Source: an uncultured Pelagibacteraceae bacterium
GTDB taxonomy: Bacteria > Pseudomonadota > Alphaproteobacteria > Pelagibacterales > Pelagibacteraceae
Reading direction: 5' to 3'
Length of the DNA stretch: 64,000 bases
Assembly (NCBI GenBank): GCA_902617715.1
Contig: CACMXS010000005.1
Location: 489-64,488 of the forward strand
The stretch's first letter is position 1, and each line of letters begins with the position of its first letter. A program made the translations under genes and the position numbers. Under the pieces are notes generated by a model. The model saw only the letters and a program-made list of their open reading frames with translations, had not been told where the DNA came from and searched no databases. This document shows positions 39,046 to 49,614 of this stretch, piece by piece.

Positions 39046-40013
39046 AAGCAGTAACAATATCAAAAAATGGTGGTCCAGAAGTTTTGGAGTTAAAAGATAT
39101 TAAATTGGGTGAACCAAAATCTGGAGAAGTTTTAATTAAGAATGAGGCTATTGGTTTAAATTATATTGATACCTATCATAGATCAGGCCTATACCCTGTT
39201 GAATTACCATCAAATATTGGAATTGAAGGTGCGGGAATTATTGAAAAAATTGGTCCAGATATAAAAGATTTTAATATTGGAGATAAAGTTGCTTATGCAT
39301 CAATGCCAATTGGCTCTTATGCAACTCATCGAATTTTTCCAACCAAAAAATTAGTAAAAGTTCCAAATGAAATTGAATTGGAGAATGTTGTGACTTTGAT
39401 GACTAAAGGTTTCACTGTTTTTTATCTTCTTCATAAAACTTATCCAGTCAAATCAGGTGAAACTATTTTATTTCACGCAGCTGCTGGAGGTGTTGGACAA
39501 ATATTTTGTCAGTGGGCTAAAAGTTTAGGTTGTACTGTAATTGGAACAGTTGGATCTGATGAAAAAATTTCAATAGCTAAAGCAAATGGTTGTGATCATG
39601 TAATTAATTATTCAAAAGAAAACTTTGCAGAGAAAGTTAAAGAAATAACAAATGGAGTTGGTGTTCCAGTAGTTTATGATGGTGTAGGAAAAAAAACCTT
39701 TGATGGTTCGATAGAATGTTTAAAAGTTAGAGGTATGATGGTTTCTTTTGGAAACGCATCTGGTCCAATAGAACCATGTAATGTTGGAAAATCTTTAGCA
39801 CCAAAAGGATTATATCTAACCAGACCTAGTATTGCTCACTATACAACAACGAAAGAGGAGTTAGATGAAGCTGCTAAAAAAGTCTTTGAAATGTTTATAA
39901 CTAAAAAATTTAAATTAAACATTTTTAAAAAATATTCCTTAGGCGAAATTGTTAAAGCTCACCAAGATTTAGAGGGAAGAAAAATTTTAGGTCCTGCTGT
40001 CATTATTCCTTAA
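39042..40013 (+). CDS. qor: NADPH:quinone oxidoreductase (zeta-crystallin family)
   Basis: GGPEVL, GLNYIDTYHRSGLY, HAAAGGVG, VYDGVG, FGNASG. Confidence 0.92.
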   Translation: MKAVTISKNGGPEVLELKDIKLGEPKSGEVLIKNEAIGLNYIDTYHRSGLYPVELPSNIGIEGAGIIEKIGPDIKDFNIGDKVAYASMPIGSYATHRIFPTKKLVKVPNEIELENVVTLMTKGFTVFYLLHKTYPVKSGETILFHAAAGGVGQIFCQWAKSLGCTVIGTVGSDEKISIAKANGCDHVINYSKENFAEKVKEITNGVGVPVVYDGVGKKTFDGSIECLKVRGMMVSFGNASGPIEPCNVGKSLAPKGLYLTRPSIAHYTTTKEELDEAAKKVFEMFITKKFKLNIFKKYSLGEIVKAHQDLEGRKILGPAVIIP

Positions 40014-40414
40014 TCAACCTTAACATCCATATCTGACATATGTAATCTTAATGCATTTGTTGAGACATGAATTTCTCTTATAAAAAAAATAATTGAAATC
40101 ATCATTGATAGACAACAAGATCCAAAAATTAATCTTGCTATAAAAACCTCATTCAAATAAAGGCCTAAGACCGTTAGCATATTGAATAAAAAGCCAAATG
40201 CCCCGAACATAATTGACCATCTCAGCAAAGTAATTCTTCCACTTAAATTAATAAACTGCTTTTTCCATTCAGGTGGCACATGTTTTTCATAAACATGCTC
40301 ATCATGAAGTTCTCTTATCAGAGCACTTAGAGAATGAAATCTGTTACTATAAACTCCCATTATCAAAGGAATTGCAGGAAACATTAATGCGGTTACTGTG
40401 TAATCAATATTCAT
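40010..40414 (-). CDS. DUF2721-like membrane protein
   Basis: ALMFPAIPL...YSNRF, two C-terminal TMs, EI..ST.AL; ATG at 40414 preferred. Confidence 0.7.
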   Translation of the reverse strand: MNIDYTVTALMFPAIPLIMGVYSNRFHSLSALIRELHDEHVYEKHVPPEWKKQFINLSGRITLLRWSIMFGAFGFLFNMLTVLGLYLNEVFIARLIFGSCCLSMMISIIFFIREIHVSTNALRLHMSDMDVKVD

Positions 40415-40465
40415 ACGAATCAGTTTGATTATCAATGTTGCCTTTGTTATTTACAAGTAAAATTT

Positions 40466-41332
40466 ATGACCCAAATTAATCTTTTTATTGAACTTACACG
40501 TCTAAAAAAACCAATTGGTTATATGCTATTATTTTGGCCATGTGCCTGGGGTCTAACCCTAGTTTATAATTTTAACGAGAGTCTGAATATTTATTTTTTT
40601 TATTTGATACTTTTTTTTCTTGGATCAGTTTTAATGAGATCTGCTGGATGTATAGTTAATGATATTTTAGATAAAGAATATGATAAAAAAGTTTCAAGAA
40701 CTAAAAATAGACCATTAGCTTCAGGAAAAATCTCTTGGATAATAGCTCTACTCTATTCTGGTATCTTGTGTTTTCTGGCTCTACTTATTCTGTTAAACTT
40801 TAATTTATTCACAATTATTCTTGCTTTGGGGTCAATGCCCTTTGCATTTACTTATCCATTAATGAAAAGATACACATATTGGCCCCAACTATTTTTAGGA
40901 ATAACATTTAACTATGGTTTAATTCTTGGATGGACGTCGGTTTCTGAGGAAATTAGTTTAATTGCATTAATATTTTATTTTGGAGCCATATTTTGGACAC
41001 TCGGTTACGACACAATATATGGGTATCAAGATATAAAAGACGATGAAATAATAGGATTAAAGTCAACCTCAATAAAGTTTAAAGGTAATTCAAAAAAATT
41101 TTTATCTATATGTTATTTAGTTTTAAGTCTAAGTTTAATTTTTGGTGGTTATCTAATGGGATTTAGTTGGATATATTTCATATTTTTAATAATACCAATT
41201 TTACATTTATTTATTTATCAAATAAAAAGTTTTCAATCAGAAAACCCTGAAACTTGCCTAAAATTATTTAAAAGTAATAATTTGTTTGGTTTAATTATTC
41301 TAATCAACATAATAATAGGAAAAGCCTTTTAA
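40466..41332 (+). CDS. ubiA: 4-hydroxybenzoate polyprenyltransferase
   Basis: RL.KPIG..LL.WP, MRSAGCIVNDILDKEYD, RT.NRPLASG, YDTIYGYQD..DD. Confidence 0.96.
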   Translation: MTQINLFIELTRLKKPIGYMLLFWPCAWGLTLVYNFNESLNIYFFYLILFFLGSVLMRSAGCIVNDILDKEYDKKVSRTKNRPLASGKISWIIALLYSGILCFLALLILLNFNLFTIILALGSMPFAFTYPLMKRYTYWPQLFLGITFNYGLILGWTSVSEEISLIALIFYFGAIFWTLGYDTIYGYQDIKDDEIIGLKSTSIKFKGNSKKFLSICYLVLSLSLIFGGYLMGFSWIYFIFLIIPILHLFIYQIKSFQSENPETCLKLFKSNNLFGLIILINIIIGKAF

Positions 41333-43068
41333 TGAAAAAAACTGAAATTTATAAAAGACTTTATAAAGATTATTCAAAAAAATATTTAGATAAAATACTT
41401 ATATCAGCTTTTTTTTCTATACTTGTAGCAGGTAGTACTTCTGCTATAGCTTGGTTGTTAGATCCTGCTATTAAAAAATTATTTATAGACAAAGATCAAT
41501 CATTAATTTTTTTTATACCGCTTTTGATTATTGCTGCTTTTACTACTAAAGGGCTATCTCTTTATTTTGCAAAAGCGACAATGATAAGTGTTGGAGAAGA
41601 GGTAAAAAAAAAACTCCAGTTTGATATGACAAAGTCCTTAATTAAAGCTGATACTCAAATTATTGACAAAAAACATTCTGGAAAATTTATTTCAAACCTT
41701 ACTTATGATGTTACTCATATTACAAATTTACTTAGTCATGCATTATTAACTCTATTCAAGGACTCGTTAACTTTAATTGGATTATTATTTGTCATGTTTA
41801 CTCAAAATTGGAAACTAGCATTAATCTCAATTGTAATGATTCCTTTAGCTGGCCTTTCTGCTAAAACTTTGGGTAAAAGAGTTGGAAAAGTAACAACACA
41901 AGCTCAAGAAAAATCAGGTTTTTTAACTACTTATCTTGTTGAACTTTTCAAAAATCACAAACTTATAAAAATTTTTCAAAAAGAAAATTATGAAAGCTCA
42001 AGAGCAAATCTTTATTTGGAACAATTAAAAGATAAGAACAAAAAAATACAAGTCGTTTTTGTTAGGATGTCTCCAATAATGGAAACATTAACTGGAGTAA
42101 TGATTGCAGTGTTAATTTTTTATTCAGGAAAATTAATGGCGCAAAATGAACTTGATATTAATAACTTTTTCTCATTTTTAGCAGCAATGATGCTTGCCTA
42201 CCAACCAGTAAGATCCTTGTCTACACTTAATATGGTTTTAAATCAGGGTTTATCAGCTGCTTCGAGAATTTTACCTATCATTGATAATGAAAATAAAATT
42301 AATGACGTTGAAAATGCAAAAGAGTTAAATTTAAAGGAAGCTAAAATAAATTTTGAAAATATAAAATTTTCTTATGATAAAGAAGAAGGTAAAGTTCTTG
42401 ATACAATAAGTCTAGAGTTTACTGGAGGGAAAATGACATCTTTAGTTGGTCATAGTGGTTCTGGTAAATCTACAATTTTAAACTTAATACCAAGATTTTA
42501 TGATGCTGAATCTGGAGATATTTTAATCGATAATCAATCCATCTATAAAACAAAAATTAAATCACTAAGAAATAATATTTCACTAGTAAGTCAAGAAACT
42601 ACTCTGTTTGATGATACAATAAAAAATAATATTAAATATGCAAAAGAAGATGCTTCAGATGAAGAAATCATTGAGGCGGCAAAACTTTCGCATTGTGATG
42701 AATTTATTAATCAATTACCAAATAAATATGAAACTTTGATTGGTGAAAACGGAGTTAGATTATCTGGAGGAGAAAAACAAAGAATTTCTATTGCTAGAGC
42801 AATGATGAAAAAAAGTTCAATCATTTTATTAGATGAGGCAACTTCATCTTTAGATAGCGAAACTGAGTCAAAAATTCAGGATGCACTTGCAATTTTAACA
42901 AAAAATAGGACTACTATCGTCATAGCTCACCGGCTTTCAACAATACTTAATTCTAATAATATTTATGTAATTGACTCAGGCAAAATAGTAGCTAATGGTA
43001 AACACGATGATCTAATTAAAAATTCAGATCTTTATAAAAACTTTTATGAAAAACAAATTCAAAAATAG
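41332..43068 (+). CDS. msbA: Lipid A export ABC transporter (permease + ATPase)
   Basis: TMD followed by GHSGSGKST, LSGGEKQR, LDEATSSLD, IAHR; directly upstream of waaA-lpxK. Confidence 0.85.
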   Translation: MKKTEIYKRLYKDYSKKYLDKILISAFFSILVAGSTSAIAWLLDPAIKKLFIDKDQSLIFFIPLLIIAAFTTKGLSLYFAKATMISVGEEVKKKLQFDMTKSLIKADTQIIDKKHSGKFISNLTYDVTHITNLLSHALLTLFKDSLTLIGLLFVMFTQNWKLALISIVMIPLAGLSAKTLGKRVGKVTTQAQEKSGFLTTYLVELFKNHKLIKIFQKENYESSRANLYLEQLKDKNKKIQVVFVRMSPIMETLTGVMIAVLIFYSGKLMAQNELDINNFFSFLAAMMLAYQPVRSLSTLNMVLNQGLSAASRILPIIDNENKINDVENAKELNLKEAKINFENIKFSYDKEEGKVLDTISLEFTGGKMTSLVGHSGSGKSTILNLIPRFYDAESGDILIDNQSIYKTKIKSLRNNISLVSQETTLFDDTIKNNIKYAKEDASDEEIIEAAKLSHCDEFINQLPNKYETLIGENGVRLSGGEKQRISIARAMMKKSSIILLDEATSSLDSETESKIQDALAILTKNRTTIVIAHRLSTILNSNNIYVIDSGKIVANGKHDDLIKNSDLYKNFYEKQIQK

Positions 43069-43070
43069 AT

Positions 43071-44336
43071 ATGTTTTTTATTTATCAATTAATATTATCA
43101 TTCGCAATTTTAGTATCACCTTTAATTATAATATTTAGAATATTTAAAGGTAAAGAAGATGTAATTAGATTTAAAGAGAAATTTAGCTTGATATCCAGAA
43201 AACGGAGGTCAGGAAAATTAATATGGTTTCATGGATCGAGTGTAGGCGAGATTATGAGCGTACTACCCATAGTGAATAAATATGATAATAACAATTCAAT
43301 TGATCAAATTTTAATTACTTCAAGTACTTTAAGCTCATCAAAAATTTTAGAAAAATATAGATTTAAAAAAGTAGAACATCAATTTTTTCCAATAGATCAT
43401 TTTTTCTTTTCTAAAATTTTTTTGAATTACTGGAAGCCACATTTGGCAATTTTTTTAGAGTCTGAAATTTGGCCTTCCATGTATAGAGAGATTAAATTGA
43501 AAAAAATCCCCTTAATACTTTTAAATGCCAGGATAACTAAAAAGACTTTTAAAAGATGGAATAAGTTTAAGAAACATTCATCAAAAATTTTCAATTTAAT
43601 AGATATTGCTTATCCACAAAATCATGAGACAAAAAAATATTTAAAACACTTGGGTGTTAAAAAAATTAACTTAATTGGTAATATAAAATTTATTGAAAAT
43701 CATAAAAATAAACAAGACGATATTGATAAAAAGCTTAAGTTACAATTTCAAAAACATAAGATTTTTATTGCAGCTAGTACACATGAAAATGAAGAATTAT
43801 TTGCAGCTAAAACTCATATGTTATTAAAAAAGAAAAACAAAAAACTCATAACAATCTTAATTCCAAGACATATAAATAGAGTAAATGAAATTAACAATGA
43901 ACTTAAAAATTTAAATCTTAAAATAATTCATCATAGTTCTAAAACTAAGAGCTTAAAAAATGTAGATATTTACATAGTAGATACTTTTGGAGAATCAAAA
44001 AAATTTTATAAAATCGCGACGACTGTTTTTTTAGGAGGGTCAGTATCAAATAAAGGGGGGCAAAATCCATTAGAACCTGCACGATATGGAGCAAAAATTC
44101 TACATGGACCTAACATACAAAATTTTACAGAAGTTTATAACTTTCTGAAGTCTCTCAAAGTTTCAAATAAAATAAAAGACCCAGTGCAACTTGCAAATCA
44201 AGTTGTCTTTAAGAAAAATATGGCAAAAGTTAAAAAGATTAGAAAAATAGGCAATGTAATTTTTAAAAATACTATAAAAGAATTAAATAAAAAAATTAAT
44301 TATGAAACTAAAAAAACCCCAATTTTGGGATTATAA
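43071..44336 (+). CDS. waaA: 3-deoxy-D-manno-octulosonic acid (Kdo) transferase
   Basis: WFHGSSVGE, ESEIWP, NAR, ASTH, PRH, GGQNPLEPA. Confidence 0.95.
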   Translation: MFFIYQLILSFAILVSPLIIIFRIFKGKEDVIRFKEKFSLISRKRRSGKLIWFHGSSVGEIMSVLPIVNKYDNNNSIDQILITSSTLSSSKILEKYRFKKVEHQFFPIDHFFFSKIFLNYWKPHLAIFLESEIWPSMYREIKLKKIPLILLNARITKKTFKRWNKFKKHSSKIFNLIDIAYPQNHETKKYLKHLGVKKINLIGNIKFIENHKNKQDDIDKKLKLQFQKHKIFIAASTHENEELFAAKTHMLLKKKNKKLITILIPRHINRVNEINNELKNLNLKIIHHSSKTKSLKNVDIYIVDTFGESKKFYKIATTVFLGGSVSNKGGQNPLEPARYGAKILHGPNIQNFTEVYNFLKSLKVSNKIKDPVQLANQVVFKKNMAKVKKIRKIGNVIFKNTIKELNKKINYETKKTPILGL

Positions 44337-45252
44337 AAAACCAAATATTATTGCCTACTTTTTATGGCCCATTTCAATTACCTTACAATTCTTAAATTCA
44401 TTTAAGAAAATATTTATTTCTAAAAAAAAATTTAAAAATATCAAAACAATCTGTATTGGAAATATTTATATTGGTGGTACTGGTAAAACTTCTTTAAGCT
44501 TAAAAATATATGAGATCTTAAGCCAAAAAAAATTTAAAACCTGTTTTATAAAGAAAGATTATATTGATCAATTAGATGAACAAAGAATTTTGGAAAAAAA
44601 AGGAAAACTATTTAAATCAAAAAAAAGACTCTTTGCTCTTAAGAATGCTATCTGTGAAAATTACGAAGTAGCAATATTTGATGATGGTTTTCAAGATGAA
44701 ACAATTAATTATGATTTAAAATTTGTATGTTTTAACAATTTAAATTGGATAGGTAATGGACTTACAATTCCATCTGGACCTCTTAGAGAAAATTTTAGAA
44801 ATATCAAAAATTGTAATCATATTTTTATAAATGGTGATTTGGAAAACATAGATAATATCAAAAAAAAAATTTTAGAGACCAATCCTAAAGTAAATATCCA
44901 TATCGGCAAATATGTTCCAGAAAATCTTAAAAAGTTTAATATAAATGAAAAATATTTAGTTTTTTCTGGAATAGGTAATCATAAAACATTTCTATCAATG
45001 TTAAAAAAAAACAAATTTAATATTGTTAAAGATATTGAATTTCCTGATCATTATAACTACTCAAAAAAAGATATTAATAAAATTATTTCAATTTCAAAAA
45101 ATTATAATTGTAAAATCTTGACGACTGAAAAAGATTTCTTTAGATCAAAAAATTATATGTCAGACAAAATTGAATTTATTTCTTCAAAACTTGAGGTATT
45201 AAATGAGAAAAAGCTTTTCGAAGCATTAACAAAAATCTATGAACAAAATTAA
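44302..45252 (+). CDS. lpxK: Tetraacyldisaccharide 4'-kinase
   Basis: CIGNIYIGGTGKT, DDGFQ, PSGPLRE, FPDH, TTEKD. Confidence 0.94.
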   Translation: MKLKKPQFWDYKKPNIIAYFLWPISITLQFLNSFKKIFISKKKFKNIKTICIGNIYIGGTGKTSLSLKIYEILSQKKFKTCFIKKDYIDQLDEQRILEKKGKLFKSKKRLFALKNAICENYEVAIFDDGFQDETINYDLKFVCFNNLNWIGNGLTIPSGPLRENFRNIKNCNHIFINGDLENIDNIKKKILETNPKVNIHIGKYVPENLKKFNINEKYLVFSGIGNHKTFLSMLKKNKFNIVKDIEFPDHYNYSKKDINKIISISKNYNCKILTTEKDFFRSKNYMSDKIEFISSKLEVLNEKKLFEALTKIYEQN

Positions 45253-46099
45253 ATATTTTTTTCAATTTATTATAATAATTTTTATTTTCTCAATTTTTAA
45301 AATTTTAGGTTTAAAAATCTCATCTTTTATTGGGGGAAAACTTTTTCAAATTATAGGCCCAATATTTAGATCAAAAAGGTTGATACAAAAAAATATTAAA
45401 AGAGTATTTCCTGATATTGATCAAATTAATTTAAACGAGATAACATCCTCGATGTGGAATAATTATGGAAGAGTTTTTGCCGAATATATGTTTATTAAAA
45501 AATTTAGGTACCAAAAAGAAAATAAAAACATCATAATTGATGGTAAAGAAATACTTGAGGATATAAAAAAAAATAATCAAAAAGTTGTTTTTATATCAGG
45601 TCACTTTAGTAACTTTGAGTTAATGGCAATGGAAATAGAAAAAGCGGGGATAAATCTTGCGGCAATTTATAGGCCTTTAAACAATATTTTTTTGAATTTT
45701 TTAATAGAAAAAATTCGAAAAAACTATATCTGCAAAAATCAAATTAAAAAAGGAATTGGCGGTGTTAAAGAATTAGTGAGACTTAACAAAGAGGGTTATT
45801 CTACTGCCTTAATGATTGATCAAAGAGTTTCTGAAGGTATTAAATCAACTTTTTTTAGTGAAGAAGCTTTTACAACAACTATACCAGCACAATTAGTTAA
45901 GAAATTTAAGACTCCTGTCGTACCAATATTTATAGACAGATTTGATAGTATAAAATTTAAGATAACAATTCATAAACCCTTAAGTTTTTTAGATAATGAA
46001 TCAGCAGAAGATATAACGCTAAAATTGAATAAGGTTCTTGAAAAAATGATAAGAGAAAATCCTAAATATTGGATATGGTCACATAATAGATGGAAATGA
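45239..46099 (+). CDS. lpxL: Lipid A late acyltransferase (LpxL/HtrB family)
   Basis: HFSNFE, IYRPLNN, DQR, WIWSHNRWK. Confidence 0.88.
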   Translation: MNKIKYFFQFIIIIFIFSIFKILGLKISSFIGGKLFQIIGPIFRSKRLIQKNIKRVFPDIDQINLNEITSSMWNNYGRVFAEYMFIKKFRYQKENKNIIIDGKEILEDIKKNNQKVVFISGHFSNFELMAMEIEKAGINLAAIYRPLNNIFLNFLIEKIRKNYICKNQIKKGIGGVKELVRLNKEGYSTALMIDQRVSEGIKSTFFSEEAFTTTIPAQLVKKFKTPVVPIFIDRFDSIKFKITIHKPLSFLDNESAEDITLKLNKVLEKMIRENPKYWIWSHNRWK

Positions 46100-46101
46100 A
46101 T

Positions 46102-46299
46102 TTATTTTTTTTCTAATTTCTCTTTTTTTTGTGATGCTTCAATATAAGAAAAATAAGCTTCTTGGAGATCTACGTTCCAATAATTTAATTTATCTAAACT
46201 AATTGGTTTGCCTGAAACTGCACAAATCACATGATCACCTGGCTCTAATATTTGAAAATTATTTGGTAAATATTTTATTTTTGCTAATTTTTTATTCAT
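46102..46299 (-). CDS. DUF2093-family small protein
   Basis: PGDHVICAVSG..I.L..L.YW.V..QEAY pattern typical of this alphaproteobacterial family. Confidence 0.8.
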   Translation of the reverse strand: MNKKLAKIKYLPNNFQILEPGDHVICAVSGKPISLDKLNYWNVDLQEAYFSYIEASQKKEKLEKK

Positions 46300-46320
46300 T
46301 TTTAGTTTATATACTTATAC

Positions 46321-47586
46321 ATGATTGTTGGGATTATAGGAAGTGGAGGAAGGGAGCATGCAATATGCCAAATGCTTAAGTACTCAAAAAAAGTATCTGA
46401 GTTATATTGTTTTCCTGGAAATGCAGGGACTTCCAAAATAGCTAAGAATATAAAGTTGGATATAGACGATTTTGAAAAATTAAAAAATTTTATATTAAAT
46501 AAAAAAATTGAACTAGTTATTATTGGACCTGAAAAGCCTTTAGTAAATGGTATAGTAGACTATTTAGAAAAATTTGGAATTAAGGTTTTTGGCCCAAATA
46601 AAATTGCATCTCAGTTAGAGGGTTCTAAAATTTTCACTAAAGAAATATGTAAAAAATATAATATTCCCACTGCAAAGTTTGGAGTATTTAATAATATTAA
46701 AGAAGCAAATCAATTTTTAAAAGAATCAACTCACCCAATAGTTATAAAATCAGATAATCTTGCTTCAGGAAAAGGTGTGTATATTTGCAATAATGAAAAA
46801 GACTCAATAAATGCTATCAAAGAAATTTTTGATGGAAAATTTGGACCTGCAAAAAATGTTCTTATTGAAGAATTTTTAAATGGTGAAGAGATGAGTTTTT
46901 TTATTATTAGTGATGGAATTTCTATTCAAAAATTTGGGACAGCTCAAGACCATAAAAGAGTTTTAGATGGTGATAAAGGGAAAAATACTGGAGGCATGGG
47001 TGCTTATTCTCCTTCAAGATTAATTACAAATCAACTTGAGGAAAAAATATTAGAAAAAATTATAAGCCCAACTCTAAAGGCATTGGCAGATATTGGTACT
47101 AATTATAAAGGGTTTTTATATGCTGGATTAATGATTGTTGATAACAATCCATATTTAATTGAATATAATGTGAGAATGGGTGATCCTGAATGTCAAACAA
47201 TCCTCCCAATGCTGAAAACTGATCTTACTGAAATTTTTTTATCCTGTTGCGAAAATAAACTGAGTCAAATTCAAATTAAATGGAGTAAAAAGAAAAGTCT
47301 TTGCGTGGTTTTATGTTCAAACGGCTATCCTGATGAATACTCTAAAAATATTGAAATTGAAAATTTAGAAAAAATCAAATTAGATTCTGATGATTTTATC
47401 TTTCATGCTGGCACAGATGAAAAAAATAACAAAGTTGTTGCCATAGGGGGAAGAGTTTTAAATTTCGTTTCTTTATCAGAAAAATTTGTTGATGCTAAAA
47501 AAAATATTACAAAACATCTAAAAGATTTAAATTGGTCTGGAGGCTTTTTTCGTAAAGATATTGGTTATAAAGTTATAGACAAATGA
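46321..47586 (+). CDS. purD: Phosphoribosylamine-glycine ligase
   Basis: GSGGREHA, GPEKPL, LEGSK, QDHKR, NTGGMGAY, EYNVRMGDPECQ. Confidence 0.97.
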   Translation: MIVGIIGSGGREHAICQMLKYSKKVSELYCFPGNAGTSKIAKNIKLDIDDFEKLKNFILNKKIELVIIGPEKPLVNGIVDYLEKFGIKVFGPNKIASQLEGSKIFTKEICKKYNIPTAKFGVFNNIKEANQFLKESTHPIVIKSDNLASGKGVYICNNEKDSINAIKEIFDGKFGPAKNVLIEEFLNGEEMSFFIISDGISIQKFGTAQDHKRVLDGDKGKNTGGMGAYSPSRLITNQLEEKILEKIISPTLKALADIGTNYKGFLYAGLMIVDNNPYLIEYNVRMGDPECQTILPMLKTDLTEIFLSCCENKLSQIQIKWSKKKSLCVVLCSNGYPDEYSKNIEIENLEKIKLDSDDFIFHAGTDEKNNKVVAIGGRVLNFVSLSEKFVDAKKNITKHLKDLNWSGGFFRKDIGYKVIDK

Positions 47587-48146
47587 GAATTATTTCTGGA
47601 AATTTTAAAGGAAAAAAAATACTAGAACCAAAAGATATTAAGACAAGACCTTTAAAAGATCTTACAAAAGAATCTATTTTTAACATAATTAATCATTCCA
47701 ACAAATTTAAGGTTAATATTAAAAATTCAAAAATTTTAGATTTATTTTCTGGCGTTGGATCTTTTGGGATAGAATGTTTATCTAGAGGGGCAAGATTTGT
47801 TACTTTTATTGAGAATTACAGGTTAGTTTTACCTATCTTAAAAAAAAATTTAGATAACCTTCGAATTAATGAAAAATACGAGATAATTACAGAAGATATT
47901 TTTAAAAATTTAGACTTTTTAAATAATAAATATAAATTTGATATCATTTTTTTAGATCCACCATACAAGGAAAAAAAAATCTCTTTTTTAATCGATAAAA
48001 TTTTTGATGAAAAATTATTAAAAGATAAAGGTATAATTATAATTCATCGACATAAAAAAGAAAAAGATGATTACACTGAAAATTTTAAAATTTTAGAAAT
48101 TAAAAAATATGGAATATCCAAAATTATATTTGGTGTATTCAATTAA
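47583..48146 (+). CDS. rsmD: 16S rRNA m2G966 methyltransferase
   Basis: MRIISG..KG, TRP, LDLFSGVGSFGIE, FLDPPY. Confidence 0.93.
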   Translation: MRIISGNFKGKKILEPKDIKTRPLKDLTKESIFNIINHSNKFKVNIKNSKILDLFSGVGSFGIECLSRGARFVTFIENYRLVLPILKKNLDNLRINEKYEIITEDIFKNLDFLNNKYKFDIIFLDPPYKEKKISFLIDKIFDEKLLKDKGIIIIHRHKKEKDDYTENFKILEIKKYGISKIIFGVFN

Positions 48147-49300
48147 GATAGAATTTTTTTTGTTTCATCTTTAATTAACTCTACTGCTGGTTGATTAAAA
48201 GGATTAATTTTCATTACTTTACCGAGTAGAATAGTTTCTAAAATGAAAAAACAAAACAACTCTCCCAGTGTTTTTTCATCTCTTTTTGAAATTTCAAAAC
48301 TTCTGAAGGGAATTTTCTTTTTAGTAAAAACATTTTCTGTAGCTTTTTTTTGTGCAAAAATTATATCTGTTAGTTTTCTATTTTTAAGATATTTTTTTTT
48401 TGATAAAATTGTATTTGAAATAATCTTTGATGAATTATTTTCATTCACATAAAAAAAAGTGAAAAAATTATTATTAAATCCATCTAAATAAAGTTGCATC
48501 ACACTATGATTATCTTTAGGCATATTTGAAACTATAGGAAGTAAACCCTTTTTATTTTTTCCTAAACTTTCAGCTACTAGTTGTTGATACCAATAAAATA
48601 GTCCCTCAGATTTTTTATCATAATTCAAGATTATAGAATTATATTTCTTTTTTTTAACAAAAAACAATATTGACTCAACATTGGCAACTAAAGAATTTAA
48701 ATATTTTCTATTATTAATTAAAGTATTTAATTGCCTAAATTTTTTTGAATTTAATCCCATTAATTCTGCAGGCAACATTCCAGTTTCTGATAACACTGAG
48801 TATCTTCCACCAATAAAATTGTTATGGTGAATAACTTCTGCTTTTAATTTTTCTGCCATTTCATAAAGATAACTTTTTCTATTCTCAGTAATAAATAAAT
48901 TTTTGTCTGACTTGTTTGTTAAAATGTTCAAATTAACAATTGTTTCTATTGTTTCACCAGATTTAGATACTATCAAATTTGAGTATTTTTCTTTTTTTTT
49001 ATTCATAATGCTCACATCTAAATCATTAATGAACAAAAATTTTTTTTTAACTTTGTCTCTTAAAAAATTATAGATGGCTTCAGCTCCAAGTATGGAGCCA
49101 CCCATGCCTATTATACGAAAATTTTTTGAAGAATTAAATTTTCTTAATATTTTTGTGTCAAAAATATTTTTAAAATTTTTACTTAATGACTGAATAATTG
49201 GATCTTTCTTTTTTAGAATTACCTTAAGAATATTTGCTACTTTAGGAGATTTCTTCTTTTTTAAATTAAAATTTTTAAAATAGATGCCATTTGTAATCAT
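48143..49300 (-). CDS. pgi: Glucose-6-phosphate isomerase (compact form)
   Basis: IGMGGSILG, SKSGETIET, GGRYSVLS, QQLVAESLGK, DNHS, NPFNQPAVELIK. Confidence 0.88.
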   Translation of the reverse strand: MITNGIYFKNFNLKKKKSPKVANILKVILKKKDPIIQSLSKNFKNIFDTKILRKFNSSKNFRIIGMGGSILGAEAIYNFLRDKVKKKFLFINDLDVSIMNKKKEKYSNLIVSKSGETIETIVNLNILTNKSDKNLFITENRKSYLYEMAEKLKAEVIHHNNFIGGRYSVLSETGMLPAELMGLNSKKFRQLNTLINNRKYLNSLVANVESILFFVKKKKYNSIILNYDKKSEGLFYWYQQLVAESLGKNKKGLLPIVSNMPKDNHSVMQLYLDGFNNNFFTFFYVNENNSSKIISNTILSKKKYLKNRKLTDIIFAQKKATENVFTKKKIPFRSFEISKRDEKTLGELFCFFILETILLGKVMKINPFNQPAVELIKDETKKILS

Positions 49301-49614
49301 TAATTTTGTTTGATTTTATCTATAATTGAGTTCTCTAAATTTTTATTTTTACTTATTGAGTTTTCTGGTGACTTATCATTATCAGAAATCAATTTTTTAA
49401 TCTTTAAATCATCTGTTTTTTCTTCCGTATTTGAAATTTTAGGTTCAGGAAGTTCATTAAATTCTGGAGGCATTACTAAAGGTGATTTTTTTTCTACTAA
49501 AAATTCATCTGTACTATTCTTTTTTTGAGAACCTAAGCCTTCCTTTATTGTTGAGCAATTTTGGAAAGTTAATGTTAAAATTAACATCAAAATTATAAAT
49601 TTAAATTTTTTCAT
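49300..49614 (-). CDS. DUF3035-family lipoprotein
   Basis: Lipobox-like FQNC, DEFLVEKKSPLVMPPEF..LP.P; downstream of lspA. Confidence 0.8.
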   Translation of the reverse strand: MKKFKFIILMLILTLTFQNCSTIKEGLGSQKKNSTDEFLVEKKSPLVMPPEFNELPEPKISNTEEKTDDLKIKKLISDNDKSPENSISKNKNLENSIIDKIKQN

